NCBI GenBank assembly: GCA_000634735.1
Contig: JFLG01000084.1
Coordinates: 4,946-68,945 of the forward strand
Reading direction: 5' to 3'
Length of the DNA: 64,000 nucleotides
Origin: Prochlorococcus sp. scB241_528N17
GTDB taxonomy: Bacteria; Cyanobacteriota; Cyanobacteriia; PCC-6307; Cyanobiaceae
Shown: piece after piece, positions 28,690-38,699 of the stretch
How positions within the stretch are numbered: position 1 is the stretch's first letter
How the letters are laid out: each line of letters begins with the position of its first letter
The notes under the pieces: generated by a model
The model's database searches: none
Seen by the model: only the letters and a program-made list of their open reading frames with translations
Told to the model about the DNA's origin: nothing
Translations under genes and position numbers: made by a program

Positions 28690-29682
28690 ATGTATCCCAA
28701 AATATCCTTTCAAGAAAAAATATTTGTAGCAGGCTCTAAGGGTATGGTAGGCAGTGCAATTTGTAGAGCTTTACAAAAGAAAGGGTATGGTCAAGAGTCA
28801 AAGGGAGGTTCAATTTTAACCCCTGACAGAGAAGAACTTGATTTAACTAATTCTAATTCAGTTAGAGATTGGTTTGACAAAAATAAACCTACAATTACTA
28901 TCCTAGCAGCTGCAAAAGTTGGAGGGATTCACGCAAACCAGACTTACCCTACAGATTTTCTTTTGAATAATCTTAAGATACAAAATAATGTAATTGAATC
29001 TTCATGGCTATCAGGAGTTAGAAGGTTACTTTTTTTAGGAAGCAGTTGTATTTATCCTAAATTTGCAAATCAACCAATCAAAGAAGAATATCTTCTAAAT
29101 AGTAGTCTAGAGGCAACTAACGAATGGTATGCCATTGCAAAAATAGCTGGAATAAAATTATGTCAAGCATTAAGAAAACAATATCAATTTGATGCTATTT
29201 CCCTTATGCCAACTAATTTATATGGACCAGGAGATAATTATCATCCAACTGAGAGTCACGTAATGGCTGCACTAATCTCAAAATTTTGTTTAGCAAAAAA
29301 ACAATCAAAACAATATGTTAATTGCTGGGGTACAGGCACCCCTTTAAGAGAATTTTTACATGTAGATGATTTAGCAAGTGCAGTATTATTTTGTCTAGAG
29401 AAGTGGGATCCAAATGACATTGACTCTCCAAAGGATTTAAATGGAGAGGGATTAACATATTTAAATGTTGGCACTGGTAAAGATATTTCAATTAAAGATT
29501 TAGCTGACAAAATTTCTCAAATTGTAGGTTTTCAAGGAGAAATAATTTGGGACAACTCAAAGCCTGATGGCACTCCAAAAAAACAATTAGATATAGAAAG
29601 GATAAGCAAGTTAGGTTGGTTACCAAAAATAAGTTTAGATAAGGGTATTAAGGAAACTGTATCTCTTTACATGAATAAATAA
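28690..29682 (+). CDS. fcl: GDP-L-fucose synthase (GDP-4-keto-6-deoxymannose 3,5-epimerase/4-reductase)
   Basis: 330 aa. Motifs IFVAGSKGMVGSAI, AAAKVGGI, FLGSSCIYPK, YAIAKIAG and PTNLYGPGDN. It directly follows gmd. Confidence 0.9.
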   Translation: MYPKISFQEKIFVAGSKGMVGSAICRALQKKGYGQESKGGSILTPDREELDLTNSNSVRDWFDKNKPTITILAAAKVGGIHANQTYPTDFLLNNLKIQNNVIESSWLSGVRRLLFLGSSCIYPKFANQPIKEEYLLNSSLEATNEWYAIAKIAGIKLCQALRKQYQFDAISLMPTNLYGPGDNYHPTESHVMAALISKFCLAKKQSKQYVNCWGTGTPLREFLHVDDLASAVLFCLEKWDPNDIDSPKDLNGEGLTYLNVGTGKDISIKDLADKISQIVGFQGEIIWDNSKPDGTPKKQLDIERISKLGWLPKISLDKGIKETVSLYMNK

Positions 29683-29688
29683 AAAATC

Positions 29689-30840
29689 TTAAAAGTTAAA
29701 CATCAAATTCGCCTCATGTACTTTTTCAACTATTAGATCTTGGTCAATTTCTTTTAAATAAGGCGAAAAAGGTAGGCTTAAGACTTCTTTTGATGCCTCT
29801 TTTGCAAATATTAGATTTTCAGAGTTTTTTTTAATTTTTTCTGTATTTGAATCTGACAATATTTCTTGTTCATTTAATAAACATGGGTAATGAATTGCAG
29901 TAGGTATTCCTTTTGATTTTAAAAACTCCTGAACCTTGAATCTGTTTTTTACTCTTATCGTATATTGGGCAAAAACGCTTTTATTAAAATTCTCAATAAA
30001 CGGATAAAACGAATTGGAATATCCAAGTTTATCGAATTTATTTTCATATCTTTTTGCAATTTCATTTCTTAAAAATATTTCTTTTTCGAATAATTTTAAT
30101 TTTGGAGTTAAGATTGCAGCTTGAATAGTATCTAATCTACCATTTATTCCAATTTCAGAATGAATATATCTTTTTGTTTGTCCATGCTTAGATATCCTTC
30201 TGACTCTATCTGCAAGAGAATCATTATTTGTAAAAATTGCTCCACCATCTCCATAACATCCTAATGGTTTTGACGGGAAGAAACTTGTTGTAGCGATAGT
30301 AGTTTGGGAACAGCTAAATTTATTATGGTGCATTGCTCCAAAACTTTGAGCGGCATCTTCAATTACAGGAATCTTGTACTTTTCTGCAATTAAATTAATA
30401 GCTTTTAAATCTGCAGTCTGTCCATAAAGACTAACCGGAATTATTGCCTTAGTATTTTCATTTATTTTTTCTTCTATCTTTTTTGGATCTATATTGAATG
30501 TTTTTGGATCAATATCCACAAAAACAGGTTTTGCTTTTAAGAGCAGTAAAACTTCAACTGTAGATATAAAACTAAAAGGAGTTGTAATAACTTCATCTCC
30601 TTGGTTAATATCCAAAGCCATAAGGGATATCAGAAGAGCATCAGTTCCACTGGAAACAGCAACGCAGTTTTTTACGTCAATAAAGTGAGCTAAATCATTT
30701 TCCAATTGGTTGACTTCAGGCCCACAAATAAACTTTGTATGATTTAAAACTCTAGAAATATTAAGATCAATTATGTTTCTTAAAGTCTTATCTCCTTCTA
30801 ATTTAATATTTAATTGTGCTTCTAAATCAATAAAATTCAT
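29689..30840 (-). CDS. DegT/DnrJ/EryC1-family PLP-dependent sugar aminotransferase (WbpE-like)
   Basis: 383 aa. Motifs FICGPEV, VSSGTDAL, DAAQSFGA and SFFPSKPLGCYGDGGA (PLP lysine context). Confidence 0.85.
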   Translation of the reverse strand: MNFIDLEAQLNIKLEGDKTLRNIIDLNISRVLNHTKFICGPEVNQLENDLAHFIDVKNCVAVSSGTDALLISLMALDINQGDEVITTPFSFISTVEVLLLLKAKPVFVDIDPKTFNIDPKKIEEKINENTKAIIPVSLYGQTADLKAINLIAEKYKIPVIEDAAQSFGAMHHNKFSCSQTTIATTSFFPSKPLGCYGDGGAIFTNNDSLADRVRRISKHGQTKRYIHSEIGINGRLDTIQAAILTPKLKLFEKEIFLRNEIAKRYENKFDKLGYSNSFYPFIENFNKSVFAQYTIRVKNRFKVQEFLKSKGIPTAIHYPCLLNEQEILSDSNTEKIKKNSENLIFAKEASKEVLSLPFSPYLKEIDQDLIVEKVHEANLMFNF

Positions 30841-30969
30841 AATTAAATTCTAAATACCCAAGAGTTTACATTAGCTAAATAAAAATTTTCTTGAAAAATT
30901 ACAATATTTATTCTTTATAAGAAATAAATTATAATTGTTTAACTAGTGAAATTTCTTAAATGAAGAAAT

Positions 30970-32079
30970 ATGGATATTTTATTAAATGTTGATCAGCTTA
31001 CTAACTACAGAAAGACGCAAATAAAAACATTCATAAAATGTGCAAAGAATCACAAAATGGTTCTTAAAATTTTAGCTAATACAAAAAAAACTAAAAACTT
31101 ACCTGTTTTAAAACAATATATCCATAAAGATAATTTAATTAAATCAGAACCAATATATTTTTTAAATTATTGCATTTGGCAGCCTGGATTAATATTCAAT
31201 ATATTTAATAAAAAGCCAAAACTTGCAATAATTTGGGGCGAAGTAACAAGACTAAATAGTTGGGTAATTTTAATTTTAAAGAGATTAAATTTAATAAACA
31301 CTGAAATTATTTTGTGGACACACGGAATATATGGTAGAGAAAACTATTTTTTAAAGAATTTGAGATTATTGTATCTACACCTCTCAGATTTTTTGTTAGT
31401 TTATAGTTCATATTCAAAGAATCTATTAATAAGAAATGGAATAAACAGGGAGAAAATATTTGTTATTGGCAATTCCATAGAAAGAGAAAGTGAATATTCA
31501 TTAAAAACAAATCTACAAAAAAATAGTAAAAATTTAAATTTATTATTTGTAGGAAGAAAAAGTAAACGAAAAAAATTATTTTTAATTGAGGAGATTATTA
31601 GGGACTGGGATGAGGAATTTTTTCTTACTTTTACTTGTATTGGTCCTGATATTAAATTCTTCAAAGAATACAACTTTAAAAAATCAAAACTTATTCTAGT
31701 ACCTGCTATTTATGATCCAAAAGTTCTTCAAAATTATATTAATTCCTCTGATTATGGGGTTTGCCCAGATCATATAGGTTTATTTTGTATAACATGTATA
31801 AATTCTGGATTACCTATTATTTCTCATAATAATTACTCGCTGCATGGACCTGAAGGACATACTTTAATTCCTGAAAAAAATTTAATAAATATAAAGTTCC
31901 CGATAAATTTATACAATCTCAAAAAAAGCATTATCAAAGCTTATTCCCAAAAAGAATTATTTAGTCAGAGACCATTAGAAATAAGTCAAACTTTGAATGA
32001 TGAGTTCAAAACAAAATATGTAAATAAATCCATTAAGAATTTTATGGATACTAGGTTTGCTGCGAATAAAAAACTATAA
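30970..32079 (+). CDS. Putative glycosyltransferase (GT-B-like)
   Basis: 369 aa. The LLFVGRKSKRKK segment resembles where a GT4 C-terminal domain begins. No clear EX7E motif, and the call rests on context. Confidence 0.35.
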   Translation: MDILLNVDQLTNYRKTQIKTFIKCAKNHKMVLKILANTKKTKNLPVLKQYIHKDNLIKSEPIYFLNYCIWQPGLIFNIFNKKPKLAIIWGEVTRLNSWVILILKRLNLINTEIILWTHGIYGRENYFLKNLRLLYLHLSDFLLVYSSYSKNLLIRNGINREKIFVIGNSIERESEYSLKTNLQKNSKNLNLLFVGRKSKRKKLFLIEEIIRDWDEEFFLTFTCIGPDIKFFKEYNFKKSKLILVPAIYDPKVLQNYINSSDYGVCPDHIGLFCITCINSGLPIISHNNYSLHGPEGHTLIPEKNLINIKFPINLYNLKKSIIKAYSQKELFSQRPLEISQTLNDEFKTKYVNKSIKNFMDTRFAANKKL

Positions 32080-32109
32080 TGAATATTAACTTAATAAGAA
32101 TTTTATAAA

Positions 32110-33291
32110 TTGTACAAAAGGTATATTGTCCTAAGTGAATTTTTTTTTAAAGGAGCAACGGGACAATTAATATATGACCTTTCATTAGAACTTTCAAAAA
32201 TAAAGGAAACAATTGTTTTTACTAATAATAAAAACTTTAATCAATTACAAATAGCTAATAATAAAAATTTAAAAGTAGTTGCTAGAGGATTAAGAACAAA
32301 GAAAAACTTACAAAAAATATCTCATAAATCAATTAAAGGTTTAATTTTTTTAATTCAATTCCTTAGATGGGTAATTTTTAATCGCAAAAATGGAGACCTT
32401 TATCTTATAGTTTCAAATCCACCTTTTATAGGAATTGCTGGTTTATTTTTAAAATTATTAGGTGGTAAATACATATTTTTAATACAGGATTTATTTCCGC
32501 TTACAGCAAATATCGCAGGTTTAATCAATGAAAAAAGTGTAATAAGTTCATTTTTTAAATATATTATTCATAAAATAATAAAAGAAAGTCACAAAACTAT
32601 TGTCCTTAGTGAAGACTTAAAAAAAGAAATATTAAATAACTACTGTTTTAAAAAGAAAATAGAGGTGATTCATAATTGGGCGATAGAAGAAATTCCTTAT
32701 ATAAATAAAAGAGATAATCCATTTATCAAAAAATTAAATATTGAAAATAAATTCATTATTCAATATTCAGGTAACTTTGGTTTATTACATGATCTCAGAA
32801 CAATTTTAGAGACTGCAAGATATATAAGTGACGATGATATATTATTTCTTTTTATTGGTGATGGGGCTAGAAAAAAAGAAATACTCAAATACAAAGAAAC
32901 ATACAAAATCAACTCGATAATTACTGAGAATTATCAACCTAGAGAAAAAATTAAATTCTCGCTCAACGCCTCAGATATTTCAATTATTTCCTTACAACCT
33001 AATGGTCACAAAGCAGTAATGCCATCGAAATTTTATGGTATTTTACAAGCTAGAAAACCAATTATCTTTATTGGTAATAATGAAAGTTTTATTTCAGAAT
33101 TCATCAGGAAGCATAATTGTGGCATTACTTTTAAAAATGGAGATTCTAAAAAATTGATCAAAGAAATAATTAGACTAAAAAATGATCCTAAAAAGATTAA
33201 AGAAATGGGAGACAATTCATATAAAATTTACTTTGAGAAATTTGGAAAAAAAGAAAGCATTAGTAAATATTCTAAATGTCTACTGGATTAA
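32110..33291 (+). CDS. Glycosyltransferase family 4 (WcaI/WbuB-like)
   Basis: 393 aa with a TTG start in the ORF track. Motifs YSGNFGLLHDL, LFIGDGARK and MPSKFYGILQARKPIIFIG fit the WcaI-type pattern. Confidence 0.65.
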   Translation: MYKRYIVLSEFFFKGATGQLIYDLSLELSKIKETIVFTNNKNFNQLQIANNKNLKVVARGLRTKKNLQKISHKSIKGLIFLIQFLRWVIFNRKNGDLYLIVSNPPFIGIAGLFLKLLGGKYIFLIQDLFPLTANIAGLINEKSVISSFFKYIIHKIIKESHKTIVLSEDLKKEILNNYCFKKKIEVIHNWAIEEIPYINKRDNPFIKKLNIENKFIIQYSGNFGLLHDLRTILETARYISDDDILFLFIGDGARKKEILKYKETYKINSIITENYQPREKIKFSLNASDISIISLQPNGHKAVMPSKFYGILQARKPIIFIGNNESFISEFIRKHNCGITFKNGDSKKLIKEIIRLKNDPKKIKEMGDNSYKIYFEKFGKKESISKYSKCLLD

Positions 33292-33295
33292 GAAT

Positions 33296-34534
33296 ATGGA
33301 TTTAATTAAGCATAATTTTTTAAATATTAAAAATTTTTCTATATCTTTCATTGCTATACATTTTTCAAGTTTGATACCAATTAAAACAATTGGAGGTAGT
33401 CTTTTTGATATTTTAATATTACCTTTTTTATTTCTTTATTTTTTAATTGGTAAGAAAAATAATTTTGGTTTTATATTATTAATAACTTACAGCTTTTTAT
33501 TTTTAATAGTATTATTAAATCCATCAAATGTACAAATAGGTATTAAATTAATTTGGTTAATTAGATTATCAATTCCCTTTTTATTTTTAAAAATATTTAA
33601 AGATAATAAAATCGCCACAACCAAGTTTGATAATAATGAAAAAAATATAATATTATTTACCCTTCATTGTTATCTATTATTTTTGTGCATATACTCGTTC
33701 TTATCATATATAAATATACTATCTCCAAAATATTACGATTTTGGTTTTCCATTCTATTCACTTGGTCTTGATACTCATGTTTTTGGACCAGTATTAGCCT
33801 ATTCTACATTAATTATTTTCCATAGATTAATAAATCAACCTTCAAATTTCTTTTTAAAAAATAGATTTTCAGTAAATATTACTATTTTCTTAACTTTTAT
33901 TTTCTCTTTATTAACCGGTTCAAGATCAACATTTCTTCTTTATGGCTTATATGCAATTTACTATTCATTTTTAGCCATCATTGAAAAATTACCATTATTA
34001 AAAAATAAACTAAGTATTAGAAAATTAAAACTTAAAATTTTTATTTCATCATTACTAATAATAATTGGCTTAATAACAATTTTATTTTTATTACTTTTAA
34101 TTTATTTTGAAATAAATTTCAATGATATATATTCATTCAGAAGATCTTTCAATATAAATTTAAATCTCTCTGAAGATATATCTAGAGCCTCTGCTTTTAA
34201 TACAATGATGATGATAATAAAAAATTGGGAAATGTATTTACTCCCACAACCATATTTTATAAAAAGTGTCGACTCAGGTTTTATTTTATTCGCAAATAAT
34301 TTTGGTATATTGGCATTTTTATTATTACAAATAATTTGGATTTCTTCCTTAATAAAAATAAAGGTTAAAAATTACAATAATTACATTAAAAAATCATACT
34401 CAATTCTTTTGTCTTATAAATTTTCATCATTTATAGTTTTTTCGTCCTTTCTATACTTAATGGTAAATTCTCCACATATCATGATTCCAAGATTCTCTGT
34501 TGTCCTTCTCCTTCCAATTTTTTTAGATGTATAG
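33296..34534 (+). CDS. O-antigen polymerase/ligase-like membrane protein (Wzy family)
   Basis: The ORF track opens at 33182, inside the previous gene. The ATG at 33296 (MDLIKHNF) follows that gene's stop. The protein is polytopic, and [15 protein letters not shown] resembles the Wzy_C/O-antigen ligase motif. Confidence 0.55.
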   Translation: MDLIKHNFLNIKNFSISFIAIHFSSLIPIKTIGGSLFDILILPFLFLYFLIGKKNNFGFILLITYSFLFLIVLLNPSNVQIGIKLIWLIRLSIPFLFLKIFKDNKIATTKFDNNEKNIILFTLHCYLLFLCIYSFLSYINILSPKYYDFGFPFYSLGLDTHVFGPVLAYSTLIIFHRLINQPSNFFLKNRFSVNITIFLTFIFSLLTGSRSTFLLYGLYAIYYSFLAIIEKLPLLKNKLSIRKLKLKIFISSLLIIIGLITILFLLLLIYFEINFNDIYSFRRSFNINLNLSEDISRASAFNTMMMIIKNWEMYLLPQPYFIKSVDSGFILFANNFGILAFLLLQIIWISSLIKIKVKNYNNYIKKSYSILLSYKFSSFIVFSSFLYLMVNSPHIMIPRFSVVLLLPIFLDV

Positions 34535-34542
34535 TAATTAAA

Positions 34543-35115
34543 ATGAAAATCCACCATACAGCAATTATTGATGAAGGAGCTTCTATTGGTAAGAATACAA
34601 AAGTTTGGCATTGGACTCATATTTGCAAAAACGCCAAAATAGGAGCAAATTGCTCCATTGGGCAAAATGTATTTATTGGTAATAATGTTAAAATTGGAAA
34701 TAATGTAAAAATACAAAACAATATTTCAGTTTACGATAATGTCACTTTAGAAGACGACGTATTTTGCGGTCCTAGTATTGTCTTTACAAATGTTATGAAC
34801 CCAAGGTCACATATTTCGAGAAAAAATGAATACCAAAATACTTTAGTAAAGAGAGGTGCTTCTATTGGAGCCAATGCCACAATTATCTGCGGCAATATTA
34901 TTGGTGAATACGCTTTTATTGGAGCGGGTTGTGTAGTTAATAGAGATATAAAACCTTATGAAAAAGTTGTTGGAGTTCCTGCAATGCAAATAGGCTGGAT
35001 TAGTGCATTTGGAGAAAATATAAATTTACCATTAAAAGGTAATGGAACTTGGGTATGTCCTCATACTGGTGATATTTATGAATTAGAGGTTGATAAAATA
35101 ATTAAAGTCTCATAA
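34543..35115 (+). CDS. Left-handed beta-helix N-acetyltransferase (WbpD/WlbB-like)
   Basis: 190 aa of hexapeptide repeats (IGKNTKV, IGANCSI, IGNNVKI, IGNNVKI). The N-terminus [14 protein letters not shown] resembles WbpD-type 3-N-acetyltransferases. Confidence 0.8.
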   Translation: MKIHHTAIIDEGASIGKNTKVWHWTHICKNAKIGANCSIGQNVFIGNNVKIGNNVKIQNNISVYDNVTLEDDVFCGPSIVFTNVMNPRSHISRKNEYQNTLVKRGASIGANATIICGNIIGEYAFIGAGCVVNRDIKPYEKVVGVPAMQIGWISAFGENINLPLKGNGTWVCPHTGDIYELEVDKIIKVS

Positions 35116-35179
35116 AAACCTTGATAAAAAAGTAATTTTTGTGTAAAGTTCACTCTGTTGAAGAGAAAAATTTATTTAT

Positions 35180-36481
35180 ATGAATGATTTAATAAACAAA
35201 TTAGAAAATAAAAAAGCAAAAATTTGCGTCATCGGCTTAGGTTATGTAGGCTTACCATTATCTATACTTTTATCACAAAAAGGTTATGAGGTACTAGGAA
35301 TAGATATTGATGAAAAAAAAATTAATTGCATAAATTCTGGTAAAAGTTATATTCAACATTTTGATAGCAAGGTTGTACAAGAATGTCTTAAATCTGGAAG
35401 GATTTCCGCTTCTTACGATTTTAAAAGGGTTAGAGAATGTAATTCCATTATTATTTGCTTACCTACTCCGTTAAATGCATATAGAGAACCAGATCTAAGT
35501 TATATAATTAAAACACTTGATGATATTTGTCCACATCTTGTTGAGAACCAACTCTTATCATTAGAAAGTACAACTTACCCAGGCACTACTGAAGAAATAT
35601 TAAGACCAAAGATAGAGAAACAAGGTTTTGAAATTGGTAAAAATTTTTATCTATCATATTCTCCTGAAAGAGAAGATCCTGGGAATAATCAATACAATAC
35701 TTCTACTATCCCAAAAGTGGTTGGAGGTTCAACAAAAAACTGTCTAAAAGTAGCAATAAGTTTATATAAAAATATCATTAATGAAGTAATACCAGTAAGC
35801 TCAACAAGGGCTGCTGAGATGACAAAATTACTTGAAAATATTCATAGAGCAGTAAATATAGGATTAATGAATGAAATCAAGCCATTAGCAGATAGATTGG
35901 GAATAGACTTATATGAGGTAATTAATGCTGCTGCAACAAAACCTTTTGGTTTTGTTCCATATTATCCAGGGCCAGGATTAGGGGGACATTGTATACCAAT
36001 TGATCCTTTTTATTTAACTTGGAAAGCTAGAGAGTTTGGAATGCATACTCGTTTCATAGAACTTGCTGGTGAAATCAATGCCTCAATGCCAGCTTATGTA
36101 GTAAATAAGGTAATTGAAGGTTTAAACAACATTTCTAAGGCACTTAAAGGTAGTAAATTGCTTGTTTTAGGTATTTCTTATAAAAAAAATGTTGATGACA
36201 TGAGGGAATCACCATCAGTAGAGATTATGCAATTATTAAAAGATAAAGGAGCTGCAGTCGATTATAGCGACAAATATTTTCCTGAATTCCCTTCAATGAG
36301 AAAGTTTAGCTTTTATTTGAAAAGTATTCGAATTACTGCAGAAGAATTAAATAACTACGATTTGATAATTTTGGCAACTGATCATGATTATTTTGACTAC
36401 GAACTTATACAAAATAATAGCAAAATGATCATAGACACAAGGGGAAGGTTCAAGCCTTCAGAAAATATTATAAGAGCATAA
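35180..36481 (+). CDS. UDP-N-acetyl-D-hexosamine 6-dehydrogenase (WbpA/WecC family)
   Basis: 433 aa. Motifs ICVIGLGYVGLPLS, YSPEREDPGN and GPGLGGHCIPIDP (catalytic Cys) place it in the UDP-glucose/GDP-mannose dehydrogenase family. Confidence 0.85.
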   Translation: MNDLINKLENKKAKICVIGLGYVGLPLSILLSQKGYEVLGIDIDEKKINCINSGKSYIQHFDSKVVQECLKSGRISASYDFKRVRECNSIIICLPTPLNAYREPDLSYIIKTLDDICPHLVENQLLSLESTTYPGTTEEILRPKIEKQGFEIGKNFYLSYSPEREDPGNNQYNTSTIPKVVGGSTKNCLKVAISLYKNIINEVIPVSSTRAAEMTKLLENIHRAVNIGLMNEIKPLADRLGIDLYEVINAAATKPFGFVPYYPGPGLGGHCIPIDPFYLTWKAREFGMHTRFIELAGEINASMPAYVVNKVIEGLNNISKALKGSKLLVLGISYKKNVDDMRESPSVEIMQLLKDKGAAVDYSDKYFPEFPSMRKFSFYLKSIRITAEELNNYDLIILATDHDYFDYELIQNNSKMIIDTRGRFKPSENIIRA

Positions 36482-36482
36482 T

Positions 36483-37583
36483 ATGGATCTTTTCACTATC
36501 GTTGGAGCAAGGCCACAATTTGTAAAAGCTTCAGCAATAAGTAAAGAAATTATTGACTTAAATCGAACAAAGGAATTTTTTATTAATGAAAATATTATTC
36601 ACACTGGACAACATTATGATCACAAAATGTCTGATTCTTTCTTTCATGAATTACAAATCCCCAAACCAAAATTCAACCTTGGAATTGGAGGTGGAAGTCA
36701 TGGCCAAAATACTGGGAGAATGATTGAGTCCATTGAAAAATTATTATTAGAACATAAACCCAATGCGGTTCTTCTTTATGGAGATACAGATTCCACTCTT
36801 GCCGGCGCAATATCAGCTAGCAAACTAAATATACCTATTTTGCATATTGAAGCTGGACTAAGATCTTATAATAAATCCCAACCTGAAGAAATTAATAGAG
36901 TAATAACAGACTATTTGTCTTTAAAATGTTACGCCCCTACAGATAAGGCTGTTCAAAACTTACTAAAAGAAAATATTCATAAAGATAAGATCTATCGCTG
37001 CGGCGATGTTATGGCTGATGCTATAAGAATCTTTAGTAAAAGAATTATTAATAATGATAAATTCTTATCCAACTTAAATTTGGATAAAAAAGAATATGCT
37101 CTAGCTACTATTCACAGAGCAGAAAATACAAATAATAAAAACATCCTAAGTGAGATATTTAAAGCTTTTAGTAAATCACCAATCCCAATTGTTTTGCCTT
37201 TACACCCAAGGACTAGAAAACTGCTAGAAAAATACAAACTAAATGATTTTTTGAAGGGAATGATCATTCTCGACCCATTAAGTTTTTTTGATATGATGAA
37301 TCTTCAAATTAATTCTCAATTAATAATTACCGATTCTGGAGGTATACAGAAAGAAGCATATATTCAATCAAAGCCTTGCATAACAATTAGAACCGAAACA
37401 GAATGGATAGAAACATTAAGAACTGGTTGGAATATACTGGCTAATCCCTCAAACTATCAATCGATCCTCGATGCTATTGAAACTCAAATGAATCTTAAAA
37501 AAGATTTATCTCACCCAGATTTATACGGAAATGGTTTTGCAGCAAGGGAAATTATAAACAACATAATCTCATTAAAACTTTAA
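36483..37583 (+). CDS. UDP-N-acetylglucosamine 2-epimerase (non-hydrolysing type, WecB/WbpI-like)
   Basis: 366 aa. Motifs IVGARPQFVK, HTGQHYD, YGDTDSTLAGA, HIEAGLRS, HRAENT and TDSGGIQKEA. Confidence 0.88.
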   Translation: MDLFTIVGARPQFVKASAISKEIIDLNRTKEFFINENIIHTGQHYDHKMSDSFFHELQIPKPKFNLGIGGGSHGQNTGRMIESIEKLLLEHKPNAVLLYGDTDSTLAGAISASKLNIPILHIEAGLRSYNKSQPEEINRVITDYLSLKCYAPTDKAVQNLLKENIHKDKIYRCGDVMADAIRIFSKRIINNDKFLSNLNLDKKEYALATIHRAENTNNKNILSEIFKAFSKSPIPIVLPLHPRTRKLLEKYKLNDFLKGMIILDPLSFFDMMNLQINSQLIITDSGGIQKEAYIQSKPCITIRTETEWIETLRTGWNILANPSNYQSILDAIETQMNLKKDLSHPDLYGNGFAAREIINNIISLKL

Positions 37584-37592
37584 GAAAAGTTC

Positions 37593-38690
37593 ATGCCTAA
37601 ATTAAAAATTATACGCAATAGAAAAATTAGAGTTGGCATTGTAGGTTGCGGAAGAATTAGTAAAAATCATATTAAAGCTATTGAAATGCATCCCAAACAG
37701 GCAGAGATAGTTGCTTTATGCGACAAAAATATAGAGGCTCTTAATAAAGCGAGAGACGAAGTTAACAAGTTTTGTGTAAAAGATAATGAACTAAAACTAT
37801 TTAGCAATTATGAAAAAATGATTGATGCAGTAAAGAAAAAACAAATTGGAATAGATTTACTAATATTAGCCACTCCTAGTGGCATGCATCCAATGCAAGT
37901 AATCAAAGCTGCAAATGCCAATATACATGTTTGTACTGAAAAGCCAATGGCAACGAAATGGAAAGATGGCATAGAAATGGTAAAAGCATGTGAGAAGGCA
38001 TTAGTTCATTTATTTGTAGTAAAGCAAAACAGATTTAATTCAACTCTCCAATTAGTTAAAAAACAATTAGAAAAACAACGTTTTGGCAAGTTGGCATTGA
38101 TTACAGTGAATGTTTTTTGGCATAGGCCACAAGAATATTATGATCAAGCCTCATGGAGAGGTACGTGGGATTATGATGGAGGTGCATTAATGAATCAAGC
38201 CAGTCATTATGTAGACTTACTCGATTGGCTTATAGGTCCTGTTGAATTTCTTAGTGCTTCGATAGCTACCATCTCTCGCAAAATTGAAGTTGAAGATACT
38301 GCTTCTTTGCAACTAAAGTGGAAAAACGGAGCCCTTGGCACCATGGCCGTAACCATGGTTACCTATCCAAAAAATCTTGAAGGCTCAATTACAATTTTAG
38401 GGGAGAAAGGAACTGTTAAAATAGGTGGAAACGCAGTTAACAAGATTGAACATTGGGACTTTGAAGACCATTGTGAAGATGATTTGTTAATTGAAAAAGC
38501 TAGTTACGACACTACAAGCGTTTATGGTTTCGGTCATAAAGCATACTACTCAAATCTTTTTGACGTTTTAAATGGTCTTACTCAACCAATGTGTGATGGT
38601 TCAGAGGGCTTAAAAAGTCTTGAATTACTCATTGCAGCATACAAATCAGCCAGAGAGAAACAAGTTGTTAAATTACCTTTAGAACATTAA
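37593..38690 (+). CDS. Gfo/Idh/MocA-family NAD-dependent oxidoreductase (WbpB-like)
   Basis: 365 aa. Motifs RVGIVGCGRISKNH and CTEKPMA (EKP motif). It lies within the WbpA/I/D-like block. Confidence 0.8.
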   Translation: MPKLKIIRNRKIRVGIVGCGRISKNHIKAIEMHPKQAEIVALCDKNIEALNKARDEVNKFCVKDNELKLFSNYEKMIDAVKKKQIGIDLLILATPSGMHPMQVIKAANANIHVCTEKPMATKWKDGIEMVKACEKALVHLFVVKQNRFNSTLQLVKKQLEKQRFGKLALITVNVFWHRPQEYYDQASWRGTWDYDGGALMNQASHYVDLLDWLIGPVEFLSASIATISRKIEVEDTASLQLKWKNGALGTMAVTMVTYPKNLEGSITILGEKGTVKIGGNAVNKIEHWDFEDHCEDDLLIEKASYDTTSVYGFGHKAYYSNLFDVLNGLTQPMCDGSEGLKSLELLIAAYKSAREKQVVKLPLEH

Positions 38691-38699
38691 GGAAAATAA

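Noticed and set aside
33182-33295. N-terminal extension of the Wzy-like ORF overlapping the upstream GT4 gene by 110 nt
   Set aside because: The extension is hydrophilic and lies in the 3' end of the GT4 gene. The ATG at 33296, 5 nt past that gene's stop, begins the hydrophobic protein.
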